Virus record (IMG/VR): IMGVR_UViG_2695420600_000008 | DNA from: a virus | Lineage: Duplodnaviria > Heunggongvirae > Uroviricota > Caudoviricetes | Length of the DNA stretch: 38,211 bases | Reading direction: 5' to 3' (one strand) | Notes under the pieces: generated by a model | The model's database searches: none | Told to the model about the DNA's origin: nothing | Seen by the model: the letters and a program-made list of their open reading frames with translations, nothing else | Program-made: the position numbers and the translations under genes | In this document: piece by piece, positions 9,305-18,103 of the stretch | Layout: every line of letters starts with the position of its first letter | Position numbering within the stretch: position 1 is the stretch's first letter

Positions 9305-9838
9305 TCATTCTGGTTGTTCGGGAAACGTTACTGGCAGGCTGGAGGTGTCTGTGGATTCAACCTTCTGCGCATAGAGCATCCACTCGGTTAATTTTTGTTT
9401 ATTCTCGTCGGAAATAATGCCCAGCCGTAGCTGTGAGTCCCATAGCTGGGTTTTATCCCTGACGAGCTGTAGCAGGCTTTGCTTTTCATTTTCCGCTTGT
9501 TGCCTCTGCTCTTCCCCGGTATAAGTTCGCTTTATCACTACGCCATCTTTGAACATCCATTTACCTGAAATATCAGCCCGGCGATTTGCTGTAATATCAG
9601 GAACCTCAACGACGCTTGCGCCTTCCGGATTAATTGCTGAAACATCCTTTTCAATACAAATAATAACGCCGTTGTGGTCATAGACCATTTTCAACGTATC
9701 AGGCTGAAAGTTCTTTTGTTCCTCATACCAGTTTTTCCCATCCTCTGTATAAAGCCATTTGATGTTAAATTGTTTCGTTAGCTGGTATTGCTCTTTTGTT
9801 TCAGGATTACCAGCAGAAATGTTTTTTAAGTGCATCAT
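9305..9838 (-). CDS. tail fibre assembly protein (tfa) paired with cassette Sv
   Basis: 177 aa; [40 protein letters not shown]...; paralogous to 8749..9276. Confidence 0.85.
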   Translation of the reverse strand: MMHLKNISAGNPETKEQYQLTKQFNIKWLYTEDGKNWYEEQKNFQPDTLKMVYDHNGVIICIEKDVSAINPEGASVVEVPDITANRRADISGKWMFKDGVVIKRTYTGEEQRQQAENEKQSLLQLVRDKTQLWDSQLRLGIISDENKQKLTEWMLYAQKVESTDTSSLPVTFPEQPE

Positions 9839-9840
9839 CG

Positions 9841-10785
9841 TTAAATACTCCCCGCGTTATACCACGTCCCATTAATGCAATACTGAATTGGCCTTGCCTG
9901 AGTTGTATCAATTAGTTCATCTCTGTTTGAGTTAACGGAACCGGTAACAACATAACCTGACCTGTCAGACCATCCGGGACCATTCCATGTCTGAACAGAT
10001 AACAGACCACCAAGGCGAATACCTGTAATAAACCTTGAGTTACATTCTGCCTGCGTATATGCACCAACATCTCCCGCAGAGGGTTTGCGGGTTGTGGTGT
10101 AAAACTCTGACCAGTCAGCTTCAAAGCCATAACCATCACGCGCTGAACGATAAAAAATACCGCCGTTCCTGTAATTCACGCGGAACTGTACAGCAGGGCA
10201 GCTCCCCGTATTCATATTGAAGTGGAGGATTAATGTCGATGCGCCACCAATGTTTGCGTTATAGACCCCGCTATTCCAGTTCCAGCCAACAGCTTTATCA
10301 TTTCCGACAGTGCTTCCTGTTTGCCCTAAAGCAAATGCAGGTTGTTGATTTTTCGTGTTGTAGTCTCGTCGCCAGCCAGGAGCGTAAGCATCACCATGAT
10401 TAATATAAGTGAATTGAGCGTTAGTAATTCCGCCACCGCTGGACGTGCTCGGCGTGGTAACGCGTATGGTCATTGCGCCGCGAGTGCCAATAACTTCCAC
10501 CACAGCACCTGCAAGACAAATATTTCCGCAACCTGTATCTGTAATGACCTTATTATTTGCATAAGCCCATGAGCCTTTGCACATCCAGTAAGGATGGTTA
10601 AATGCTCCCTGACTCTCCAGCCACGAAATAAATTGCGCGGTTGTCCAGACCTGACTATCGCCACCAATATTCAGCCATGAGCTATATGCGCGGCAGGCAC
10701 CAATATTTTTGGTGAAGGTATCTTTCCCCGGAATATCTGCGCCGTTCTGGTTTTTCTGTAATGCGCCAGAAGCCTGATTTACCGT
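9841..10785 (-). CDS. tail fibre C-terminal variable cassette Sv (start-less, in frame with crossover site 2)
   Basis: ORF 9841..10584 stays open upstream to site 2 (…[27 protein letters not shown]…); ends INGTWYNAGSI like cassette Sv'. Confidence 0.8.
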   Translation of the reverse strand, partial: TVNQASGALQKNQNGADIPGKDTFTKNIGACRAYSSWLNIGGDSQVWTTAQFISWLESQGAFNHPYWMCKGSWAYANNKVITDTGCGNICLAGAVVEVIGTRGAMTIRVTTPSTSSGGGITNAQFTYINHGDAYAPGWRRDYNTKNQQPAFALGQTGSTVGNDKAVGWNWNSGVYNANIGGASTLILHFNMNTGSCPAVQFRVNYRNGGIFYRSARDGYGFEADWSEFYTTTRKPSAGDVGAYTQAECNSRFITGIRLGGLLSVQTWNGPGWSDRSGYVVTGSVNSNRDELIDTTQARPIQYCINGTWYNAGSI

Positions 10786-10838
10786 TTCCTGTAAACCGAG
10801 GTTTTAGATAATGGCCGTTTCCGGCCTGCATGGCATGA
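10778..10838. repeat. right arm of 61-bp inverted repeat (pairs with 7684..7744)
   Basis: Perfect reverse-complement identity to 7684..7744. Confidence 0.9.
10786..10811 (-). other. gix-like crossover site 2 (exact reverse complement of site 1)
   Basis: TTCCTGTAAACCGAGGTTTTAGATAA read directly. Confidence 0.85.
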
Positions 10839-10841
10839 CTA

Positions 10842-11994
10842 AATAGCTGCGCTTAATACCGCTACACTTTTGCCAGCCCATGTTTGCCTCCGGGGAATGG
10901 GCTGACGGTTTCCATAAAATGGCGAACTTTTTTCAACAGTTGCCACATTGAGCTGCACTGATGATTACGCGTTATTGTGTCGTGAAGTGCCTGCCATAGC
11001 CGTTCAACATGATTCACCCATGGCGAGTAAACCGGCTGATAAATGACCCTGAACTTCGGGTTCTCCTTCAGCCAGCTCTGTGTTTCCCGGCTTTTGTGGA
11101 TAATGTAGTTGTCCACGATCAGCGTGATGGTTTTCGCCCGACGGTATGTCGCTTTAAGCCGCTTCAGCAGGCTGATGAACAGCGCCGAACTTTTGCTGTT
11201 GCCGCCCACACAGCTGACTTTACCTGTCCCGCTGTGCAGCGCTCCGGCCAGATAATATTTTTCATTCTGTCCCGGCGTGACCACCCGTTTTTGCTGTCCG
11301 CGCAGTTGCCAGTCCGCACCGATTTTGGGATTAAGATGGATATCCACTTCATCTTCATAAAAGACCGGATGCTCTGCGCTGCATTCGTCCAGTGCTTTAT
11401 GGATTGCTGCCATCTTTTCATCTTTATGCGGGTCACGGATACGCAGAGTTGGCGCAGCCCTTCGCCACACAATCCCCGCAGACGGCAACCAGCGGCGAAC
11501 GGTTCCGGCATTTAACTGGCAACCGGTTATCTCATTGATTTTTATTGCCAGCAGTTCTGTACTCCAGCGTGAACGCTGGTAGCCAAAGTCGCCGGGAGAA
11601 TGTTTTACCAGCTCACGTAACAGTGTGCAGATATGCTCAAACGGCCAGCGACGGGCACGCCCGGCAGGTAATGATTTCAGTCCCTCAACACCCGACTGCG
11701 TGAACCAGTTAATCCAGCGTCCAACAGAGGAACGGGCGCAGCAGAGCGTTCTGGCAACGTCGCTGACACGGTCGCCCCGGTGCAGCATCAGCATGGCAGT
11801 CAGTCTGCGGGCATAATTTTTATCGTGTGTTTTATGGATGGCTTTCTGCATCAGGCGTCGTTCGTCACGGGAAATTGGTGCTATGATCGGCATTGCTCAG
11901 TCCGGTTGGTGATTTGTTTTGATTTGGCGATTGATCAGATCGCACAATCCGGGCTAAGTTCCCTCAAAGTGATCTACTATTCCGCGCAGCTATT
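10842..11994 (-). mobile_element. complete IS630 insertion sequence (1153 bp) with TA target duplication in a CTAG site
   Basis: Element length 1153 bp; flanked by C-TA (10839..10841) and TA-G (11995..11997), the expected IS630 CTAG/TA signature; imperfect terminal inverted repeats starting aatagctgcgc; encodes a 343-aa transposase. Confidence 0.9.
10862..11893 (-). CDS. IS630 transposase (IS630/Tc1-mariner superfamily DDE transposase)
   Basis: 343-aa ORF wholly inside the element; size and position match IS630 transposase. Confidence 0.9.
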   Translation of the reverse strand: MPIIAPISRDERRLMQKAIHKTHDKNYARRLTAMLMLHRGDRVSDVARTLCCARSSVGRWINWFTQSGVEGLKSLPAGRARRWPFEHICTLLRELVKHSPGDFGYQRSRWSTELLAIKINEITGCQLNAGTVRRWLPSAGIVWRRAAPTLRIRDPHKDEKMAAIHKALDECSAEHPVFYEDEVDIHLNPKIGADWQLRGQQKRVVTPGQNEKYYLAGALHSGTGKVSCVGGNSKSSALFISLLKRLKATYRRAKTITLIVDNYIIHKSRETQSWLKENPKFRVIYQPVYSPWVNHVERLWQALHDTITRNHQCSSMWQLLKKVRHFMETVSPFPGGKHGLAKV

Positions 11995-13284
11995 TAGACC
12001 TCCTTTAATTTTGGCCCCGTGGCTGACAGATATAGCACCTGTTCTCAGATTTATAGCGAATGGCCTTAATGGGCCGATATTACCGTTTTCGCCTTGTCCT
12101 TCAGCCGTCGGAATGAAATGAAGAAAATCTTCTGAACGACGGAAAATTAGACCGAAGGTATCATTGAAAATTCGCAGCGCATTCACCGTGCCAATTTTCA
12201 GTTCTCCGGTCATTTTATCGCCGGAACGCTGAACGGCGTTACCAGCCTTGTTTACCGTTTCCTGTAAACCGAGGTATTCGATAACGGCAGCAACGGTCGA
12301 TTTCGCAAGAATATCCCGCCCGACTTTTGTCAGGGTTGCCAGGCTGGCGACATCATTCCCCGTAAAATACGGAAACCTGTCTGCCGCAGTAGCAAGCCCC
12401 GCCAGCGCCGTCAGAGTGGCATCTTTCGGTTGCTTACCCGCAAGCGCGTTAGTCATGGTGGTCGCAAAATTCGGGTCGTTGCCCAGCGCCGCCGCCAGCT
12501 CGTTCAGTGTGTTCAGTGCATCAGGCGAAGAGTCTACAAGTGCGGCAATCGCAGCCATAACGAAAGCCGTGCTTGCGATTTGGGTATTATTCGTTCCCTG
12601 TCGCGCAGTTGGTGTTGTTGGCGTTCCGGTCAGTGCCGGGCTGTTTAATGGGGCTTTCTTGTTCGTTTCATCCATTACTGCCTTAACGGCTTTTGGTGTC
12701 GCTGCCAGCGTTTCAGACGTGCTGTTGGTGGCGTTGCTGAGCTGGACAAGGCCTTTTGCGGTCAGCGAGGCGTCCGGGTGACGTCGTGACTGTTCATGCT
12801 CTTTCAGTTTGTCATCCACGTAATTCACTGTGGCCATCACCATGGTGTTATCCACGGTAAGCGCCACAGTGGCAGTGCTGGATACGGTCAGAATGGTGCG
12901 AAATGTTTGTGCACGTCCGGATCCTTCGGCAACGGTTGGCTTGTAACTTTCGGCAGTATTGCCTACCGCGATCAAATCGCCGTGCTCATCAAACACACCA
13001 ATTTCCCGGATCCAGAATCCGCCCGTTTCAGGAGGAATAACCAGCTCCGCAATAATGTGGTTCTGATGTGTTGCGTCCAGGGTGACGCGATTAACGGTAT
13101 GTCGCCACACCTCATGCACAAGACGGGTCTGCTTACTGTCTGGCGTGGGTAAAGTACCGCCGCCGTCACCCACGGCCATATGTGTCAGGCGGACAGGTTT
13201 CCCATCTGGCGCGGTTGCCTGCGCTAATTTTTTTGCACCCGTATCGGTGATAATGGTTTTAAATTTTCGTGTTGTGGTACTCAT
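11977..13284 (-). CDS. H: tail fibre protein gpH: constant N-terminal part fused in the current orientation to a truncated third cassette and terminated inside IS630 (functionally truncated fibre)
   Basis: 435-aa ORF; N-terminal ~330 aa resemble P2 gpH (…TAKGLVQLSNATNSTSETLAATPKAVK…AAVIEYLGLQETV); after crossover site 3 it encodes a collagen-like stub (…[22 protein letters not shown]…GAKIKGG) and then reads LNSCAE-stop from IS630 sequence. Confidence 0.8.
   Translation of the reverse strand: MSTTTRKFKTIITDTGAKKLAQATAPDGKPVRLTHMAVGDGGGTLPTPDSKQTRLVHEVWRHTVNRVTLDATHQNHIIAELVIPPETGGFWIREIGVFDEHGDLIAVGNTAESYKPTVAEGSGRAQTFRTILTVSSTATVALTVDNTMVMATVNYVDDKLKEHEQSRRHPDASLTAKGLVQLSNATNSTSETLAATPKAVKAVMDETNKKAPLNSPALTGTPTTPTARQGTNNTQIASTAFVMAAIAALVDSSPDALNTLNELAAALGNDPNFATTMTNALAGKQPKDATLTALAGLATAADRFPYFTGNDVASLATLTKVGRDILAKSTVAAVIEYLGLQETVNKAGNAVQRSGDKMTGELKIGTVNALRIFNDTFGLIFRRSEDFLHFIPTAEGQGENGNIGPLRPFAINLRTGAISVSHGAKIKGGLNSCAE
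12259..12284 (-). other. gix-like crossover site 3 (TTATCGAATACCTCGGTTTACAGGAA on the coding strand), in-frame junction of constant H
   Basis: Two mismatches to sites 1/2 (TCGAAT vs TCTAAA); unlike sites 1 and 2 it has no in-frame TAA, so H reads through it; 12233..12275 is also the reverse complement of the inner flank of site 1. Confidence 0.8.
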
Positions 13285-13286
13285 GC

Positions 13287-13817
13287 TTAATCGTCCGGAT
13301 AAATGGTAATGACTTCACCGTCGTAAGTTGCTGCTGCCGCGAAAATATCTCCCTGAATCTCCTGAATGATATTCAGCCCTGTCATGTGGCGGCTGACCGG
13401 GCGGGCATCAGCAATCAACCGCTCCATTTCCAGATACATTTCCTCCGTCACGCCACTGTCCAGCGTGCCAACATCAATCTTGAATGTTCCGGGTTCGCCG
13501 TTGAACTCCCACCACTCAGACACGCGAATGAGGTATCCCAGCGGCTCAATGGCCCGTCGCAGGGCGCTGATGGTTCCTTTGTGTCGGTGTATCAGCCATG
13601 CATCACGAATCACCTGTCGCTTTGTCTCTTCCGGCCAGTTGCGATCCCAGCGGTCAACGGAAAACGCCCAGGCGAGATAAGGCAGCAGATGCACCGGGCA
13701 GGTGTCCGGCGACCACAGCGTGTTGAGGTCTGCCGGAATGTCTGTAATGCGTGTTCCGACGGCTTCGGCACAACGCATGAAATTGCTGGCTGATGGTGGT
13801 AACAGTGAATTACTCAT
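13287..13817 (-). CDS. I: baseplate/tail protein gpI
   Basis: ORF 13287..13850; preferred start 13817 (MSNSLLPP…); motif LWSPDTCP.HLLPYLAWAFSVDRWD..WPE matches P2 gpI. Confidence 0.85.
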   Translation of the reverse strand: MSNSLLPPSASNFMRCAEAVGTRITDIPADLNTLWSPDTCPVHLLPYLAWAFSVDRWDRNWPEETKRQVIRDAWLIHRHKGTISALRRAIEPLGYLIRVSEWWEFNGEPGTFKIDVGTLDSGVTEEMYLEMERLIADARPVSRHMTGLNIIQEIQGDIFAAAATYDGEVITIYPDD

Positions 13818-14706
13818 TACGCCCACCTTCGCTGATGGTGAATGACTCACAGCGCGCCGCCTGTATGTCGCTGATGGCCATATTCTGTGTGGGTTCGATT
13901 ATCTCCACGCGTTGCACACCGTGCACATGCAGTGCGGCAGCAATGGCGGACAACGCCACGTCCTGACCGATAAGCCCCTGCTCAGCCAGCCACTTCCTGA
14001 ACGACGATTCAGCCGCAGCCAGAATAGGTTCGGATTCCGGACCGGGGTAAAAGTACAGTTTTGCATTCAGCCGCCATGTCACGATTCTGGCACTCTGTAC
14101 GGTCAGGCGGTCGGCCACCGGGCGGGTATCCTCTGCATTCAGAACGGCGCGAACGGTATTAAGCAACGCCTCCGTTGCTGTGCCGTCGCCCTCAGTGGAC
14201 AGGATGGAAACCGTCACATTTGCCGGAGACGGACTGATGGCCCGCGCATCGCGCACCAGACCGCTGGCGCTGCGGGCAAAATACTCGTATGCGCCTGACG
14301 GGCCTGCAACACTCAGGCCGTCATACGCCCGCTGCGCCCGCAGTCTCAGCGAGGTGTCGTTCTCCATCACCACGTCGGTGGTATCCGTTGCCGGAGTGAT
14401 AACCAGGCGCTTTGTGTTCATATTGCCCGCGAGGTTGTCCAGGTCTGTTCCGGCGCTGTGGCTCAACATGCAGGCGCGTGCGGCCTCATTGACCCGCTGG
14501 CGTAACAGCATTTCACGAAACGACATGGTTTGAGCGATAACGTTCAGGGGTTCCGATTCCAGTTCCAGTGCGGCGGAGACGACTTCACGCTGTTCGGCGG
14601 GATAAGCTGCAATCATCATGGCCTTTGTGTCAGCCAGAATTGCCTCAAAGTCAGGCTCCGCGATGATGGCGGGTTCCGGTAACTGGGAAAGGTCAACGGC
14701 AGGCAT
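13810..14706 (-). CDS. J: baseplate assembly protein gpJ
   Basis: 298 aa; position between W and I; size and synteny match P2 J. Confidence 0.8.
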   Translation of the reverse strand: MPAVDLSQLPEPAIIAEPDFEAILADTKAMMIAAYPAEQREVVSAALELESEPLNVIAQTMSFREMLLRQRVNEAARACMLSHSAGTDLDNLAGNMNTKRLVITPATDTTDVVMENDTSLRLRAQRAYDGLSVAGPSGAYEYFARSASGLVRDARAISPSPANVTVSILSTEGDGTATEALLNTVRAVLNAEDTRPVADRLTVQSARIVTWRLNAKLYFYPGPESEPILAAAESSFRKWLAEQGLIGQDVALSAIAAALHVHGVQRVEIIEPTQNMAISDIQAARCESFTISEGGRNE

Positions 14707-14709
14707 GAT

Positions 14710-15060
14710 TTACTCCCTCAGCGTGATGGTTAATTCAACATTCTGCATGGTCTGCATGACAGTGCCCGACAGCGTCACCCCGGCGTGGCCTCCTGCCTTC
14801 CAGACAACGTCGATGGCGTTCAGGGCAATGCGTGGTTCCCATCGTGTCAGTGCAATCACGGTAGCACTCATGCATTGCAGACGCGTGGTGTTATTCATGG
14901 GTTCGTCAATCAAATCAGGCACAAGGCTGCCATATTCCCGTCGCATAACCCGGCTTGCCAGCGGGGTGGTCAGGATGTCCCTGACTGACTGTTTCAGGTG
15001 CGCCATATCGTTCAGGTTTCCCGTCCCGTCCGGGTTCATTCCTGTGTAGCGGGTTGTCAC
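14710..15060 (-). CDS. W: baseplate assembly protein gpW (gp25-like)
   Basis: 116 aa; MTTRYTGMN…SVRDILTTPLASRVMRREYGS resembles P2 gpW. Confidence 0.85.
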   Translation of the reverse strand: MTTRYTGMNPDGTGNLNDMAHLKQSVRDILTTPLASRVMRREYGSLVPDLIDEPMNNTTRLQCMSATVIALTRWEPRIALNAIDVVWKAGGHAGVTLSGTVMQTMQNVELTITLRE

Positions 15061-15638
15061 TGCGGGCCTCCTGTCGAATCGCTGCCACCTTTAACGCCAC
15101 CGTGCTTATGCGTATGCACTGTGATGCCGTTTGAGGTGAAATCGCCGCCGCTGTGCGTGATATTGCCGCTCATCGTTCCCCCTTTTGTGACGTCAAGCGT
15201 CGCTGTTCTCAGAAGGTCTGTGCATTCCACGACAGGCGTGTTCAGTGTCACGCTGATGGATGCCTGCAAAGTGGCCGTTTTCATGCCGCTTGCGCTCAGT
15301 GCGCCTGCGTCCGCGTCGTAGCGGAACACCGCGCCGTCCGGCGCGCTGACCACGATTTCTTTCAGGCTTTTGCCGGGTGCCGGAATGGCATCACTCCACA
15401 GGCTGCCGATTATCATGGCGGTTTCCGGGTTGCCGCCGATGCAGGCAATTGCCACCTGTTCGCCTGGTGATGGCGGAAACCACACGTTGAAGTCTCCCGC
15501 GCGCGTGGTGTTCCAGCGCAGCCAGCCTGTTTCCAGTTCGCCGCTGCGAACGCGCACGCACCAGGATTCCTCATCAACTTCAGAGATGATCCCGGTGCGG
15601 ATGATATTGCTCAGCAGTCGCATGAGTTCTGCGCTCAT
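15057..15638 (-). CDS. V: baseplate spike/assembly protein gpV
   Basis: 193 aa; glycine-rich C-terminus GITVHTHKHGGVKGGSDSTGGP; synteny. Confidence 0.8.
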   Translation of the reverse strand: MSAELMRLLSNIIRTGIISEVDEESWCVRVRSGELETGWLRWNTTRAGDFNVWFPPSPGEQVAIACIGGNPETAMIIGSLWSDAIPAPGKSLKEIVVSAPDGAVFRYDADAGALSASGMKTATLQASISVTLNTPVVECTDLLRTATLDVTKGGTMSGNITHSGGDFTSNGITVHTHKHGGVKGGSDSTGGPQ

Positions 15639-16270
15639 CGTACAGCCTCCGCAATCCGGCCCAGCACCGTGTTATAAATCAGGCGCTCATCTGCCTGGCT
15701 GATACCCAGCAGCTCACGTACCGGGTAATCGGTGAAAATGCCCGGCGCAACCTGATCGCGCTCACCGAACTGATGAACGCGTGCAATACGTGCGGCCACG
15801 CCGCTGTAACCCACCGTCACACCGGAAGCATCTGCACGGGCTTTCAGGTAGCGGGCGGTGCGCAGTTTTACGAACATGGAGACGCGCCTGGTGCTGTCCT
15901 GGTTGATGCGCCGGGTGCGTATTTCCAGAAAACGGTCGATGTCATCCCGGTAAAACGTGCGGATATTGTTTTTATCCTCATCCCACCCGGTGATGGTTCG
16001 CCCGTATTTCCCCGTGTCGTGATGCCAGTTTTTCAGCGTGCGTGCTTCGTTATTCCAGATAAAGCGAATGCGCTCCTGTATCCGGGTTACGCGGCGTCTG
16101 CGTGGTGTCCATGCGGTCCCGTCCGGCGCTTTCTGTGACCGGATACGCGCCTGCTGGGCGCGGCGTAAATCCTGTGCCAGCTTTCTGGCGATGTTATTAA
16201 TGGCCTGCTGATTCAGGCTGTCGCGGATAGCCTCAAAGGTTTCATCCACGCGGGTGAATGCCTTATCCAT
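15635..16270 (-). CDS. phage virion morphogenesis / tail completion protein (gpS-like)
   Basis: 211 aa at the S position between R and V; C-terminal VHQFGERD motif resembles the tail-completion S family. Start uncertain. Confidence 0.6.
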   Translation of the reverse strand: MDKAFTRVDETFEAIRDSLNQQAINNIARKLAQDLRRAQQARIRSQKAPDGTAWTPRRRRVTRIQERIRFIWNNEARTLKNWHHDTGKYGRTITGWDEDKNNIRTFYRDDIDRFLEIRTRRINQDSTRRVSMFVKLRTARYLKARADASGVTVGYSGVAARIARVHQFGERDQVAPGIFTDYPVRELLGISQADERLIYNTVLGRIAEAVR

Positions 16271-16730
16271 CGCTTTCCCCCCACGTCACATCCTGGAATA
16301 CATGCGACCAGTCGCCTTCGGAAGAGGGCAGGCGGGGTTTTGGCTCCGGCAGGTGTTCTGCCTGCGGTGTGCCCTGACTGCTGCGCGTGATGCGAACGCG
16401 TTCCCGCAGGGGGAGCGTAAACAGGAGATCGGCGCTGTCATCGTCATTGATAACGGCGGAAAATTTGATGTCCTGATTACGCTCCGGATTGAGCAACAAC
16501 TGTGGCTGATTTTCGGATAACCACGCCAGCAGCGGCAGCGTGAGGTCGTCCAGCTCTCCGGCGTAATCCATGACAAACATCACTATCTGATAGCGGTAAA
16601 CAAACGATGGGGTTTCTCCGGTCGTTTCAATGTTGCCGCTCTCCACGAAAATGGTGAATTTTTCCGGGTTGGCATGACACCACCGGCATGAACGGGTCAT
16701 GGCTTCACGCAGGGAATCAGTTTTCAGCAT
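16263..16730 (-). CDS. R: tail completion protein gpR
   Basis: 155 aa; MLK.DSLR…IFV..G…L.AWL.ENQP resembles P2 gpR. Confidence 0.8.
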   Translation of the reverse strand: MLKTDSLREAMTRSCRWCHANPEKFTIFVESGNIETTGETPSFVYRYQIVMFVMDYAGELDDLTLPLLAWLSENQPQLLLNPERNQDIKFSAVINDDDSADLLFTLPLRERVRITRSSQGTPQAEHLPEPKPRLPSSEGDWSHVFQDVTWGESDG

Positions 16731-17007
16731 GGTTGTTGTCCTCGTTGTTCAGTCGTTGCAGCCTGCGCTGTTCCAGTAATTCAATGGCCCGCTTATCGGC
16801 GTTACAGGTTTCCAGTGCGTCCATGAGGCTGTCGCTCCATATCCCGATGTTTCCCCATGATGGCGTCACCGGAAACGGCGGGGGAAGTACGGGGGCGGTC
16901 AGCCCTTCCGGGATGAAACGGAACGACGGCGGCGGCGCGGACGCGTTCTGCGTGCTGGTGCAACCGCTCAGTAAAGCGAGCGTCAGGAACAGCGCGGGCA
17001 CATGCAT
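16717..17007 (-). CDS. outer-membrane spanin (o-spanin lipoprotein, LysC/Rz1-like)
   Basis: Start at Met 17007 gives MHVPALFLTLALLSGCTS, a signal peptide with an L-S-G-C lipobox; proline-rich; overlaps the 3' end of the i-spanin gene in another frame. Confidence 0.7.
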   Translation of the reverse strand: MHVPALFLTLALLSGCTSTQNASAPPPSFRFIPEGLTAPVLPPPFPVTPSWGNIGIWSDSLMDALETCNADKRAIELLEQRRLQRLNNEDNNHAEN

Positions 17008-17275
17008 CTGTCGTGATATCGTTGCGTAGCTGTTCACGTCGGATTTCCCCTTCCTGTTGTCGGTTCTGGCGCGCTGTCATGACGTCACGCAGTACACCGG
17101 ATGCGGTGCTGATGATGGTGCCGGCCTCTTTCAGGGTCCGGCTGTAATCGTCCAGTTGCGCCTGTGTATAACGGTTGTGTCCGTCTTCCTGCCCCAGTCT
17201 GAATGTCTGCCAGAGTGTTATGGTCAGCAGCGTGAGGACGGTCAGTGCCATCATCAGGATGTAACGCACTTTCAT
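16802..17275 (-). CDS. inner-membrane spanin (i-spanin, LysB/Rz-like)
   Basis: N-terminal transmembrane helix (ILMMALTVLTLLTITLW) followed by a charged helical region; directly downstream of the endolysin; the spanin pair is overlapped rather than embedded or separate. Confidence 0.65.
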   Translation of the reverse strand: MKVRYILMMALTVLTLLTITLWQTFRLGQEDGHNRYTQAQLDDYSRTLKEAGTIISTASGVLRDVMTARQNRQQEGEIRREQLRNDITTDACARAVPDARFTERLHQHAERVRAAAVVPFHPGRADRPRTSPAVSGDAIMGKHRDMERQPHGRTGNL

Positions 17276-17820
17276 GACTGGCCTCCGGTGTCACGTAAGC
17301 ACCATGCACGAAAATCAGTACGACGGTTAACCAGTCCCTGTGAGCGTTCGCCGCCGCTGTTCACGAAGTCAGTCAGTCTGTTGCACATGTCAGGCCAGTT
17401 GTGCGCCTGTGCATGTTTCCAGATAGTGGTGCGGTGGTAGTTACGGTTCTTATCCCTGAACCACATAAGATTTCTGCATCCAAGATTAAAGGCGGCATCT
17501 GTCATTGCCTCAAACGCGGACTGTGGCATGGCGTTGCCGCTGAAGTTCTGATTTATGCAGTTTTCTGCATGTTGCATATCATTAACCCAGCGCCCGGCGA
17601 CTTCCGTTTCGGTGTACAGACGATTTTCCACATGCCCGGTCGAGCCGCACCCCACGGTCATTACCCCGGCAATATCCCGGTAAGGCGTTGCGCGACAGTC
17701 CTCCCATGTGGCAATGCGGATTTGCGCTTCCGGGCTGGTCCGGAGTTTGTGAGGGGCAATGGAGAACCCCAGCGCCACAATGGCGGCTACGGCGTAACGT
17801 TTAACGGGCAGCTTTATCAT
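17272..17820 (-). CDS. endolysin, lysozyme-like (GH24-type), probable signal-anchor-release (SAR) N-terminus
   Basis: 182 aa; N-terminal hydrophobic segment YAVAAIVALGFSIAP followed by E-x8-D-x5-T spacing (WEDCRATPYRDIAGVMTVGCG) resembling P21 R21-type SAR endolysins; this is not the P2 gpK type. Confidence 0.7.
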   Translation of the reverse strand: MIKLPVKRYAVAAIVALGFSIAPHKLRTSPEAQIRIATWEDCRATPYRDIAGVMTVGCGSTGHVENRLYTETEVAGRWVNDMQHAENCINQNFSGNAMPQSAFEAMTDAAFNLGCRNLMWFRDKNRNYHRTTIWKHAQAHNWPDMCNRLTDFVNSGGERSQGLVNRRTDFRAWCLRDTGGQS

Positions 17821-18103
17821 GTGTATCGTTATCCCGCAGAATGTTCAGAGCCTGACGCTCACTGTCGTGAAGTGGCCGTGCGTCTGACTGCGCCAGGATA
17901 CTGGCGATGAGTTCATTGCGACGCTGCATGGCGGTTTCCATCAGGCGGCGATGTCGCCAGGCATGTAATGCAGACAGAGAACCGAGTAACAACCCGGCAA
18001 GGGCGATTTTTTCACTGATGGTCATCACGCCTATTGTGGTGGCTGTGACTGATGCCCAGAAGGTGATCCAGTCACTCACCCGCTGAAAAAAACCTGTTAC
18101 CAT
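17801..18103 (-). CDS. holin (putative)
   Basis: ORF 17801..18310; preferred start at Met 18103 giving ~100 aa with two hydrophobic helices (WITFWASVTATTIGVMTI / IALAGLLLGSLSALHAW) and a charged C-terminus; lies upstream of the endolysin. Confidence 0.55.
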   Translation of the reverse strand: MVTGFFQRVSDWITFWASVTATTIGVMTISEKIALAGLLLGSLSALHAWRHRRLMETAMQRRNELIASILAQSDARPLHDSERQALNILRDNDTHDKAAR

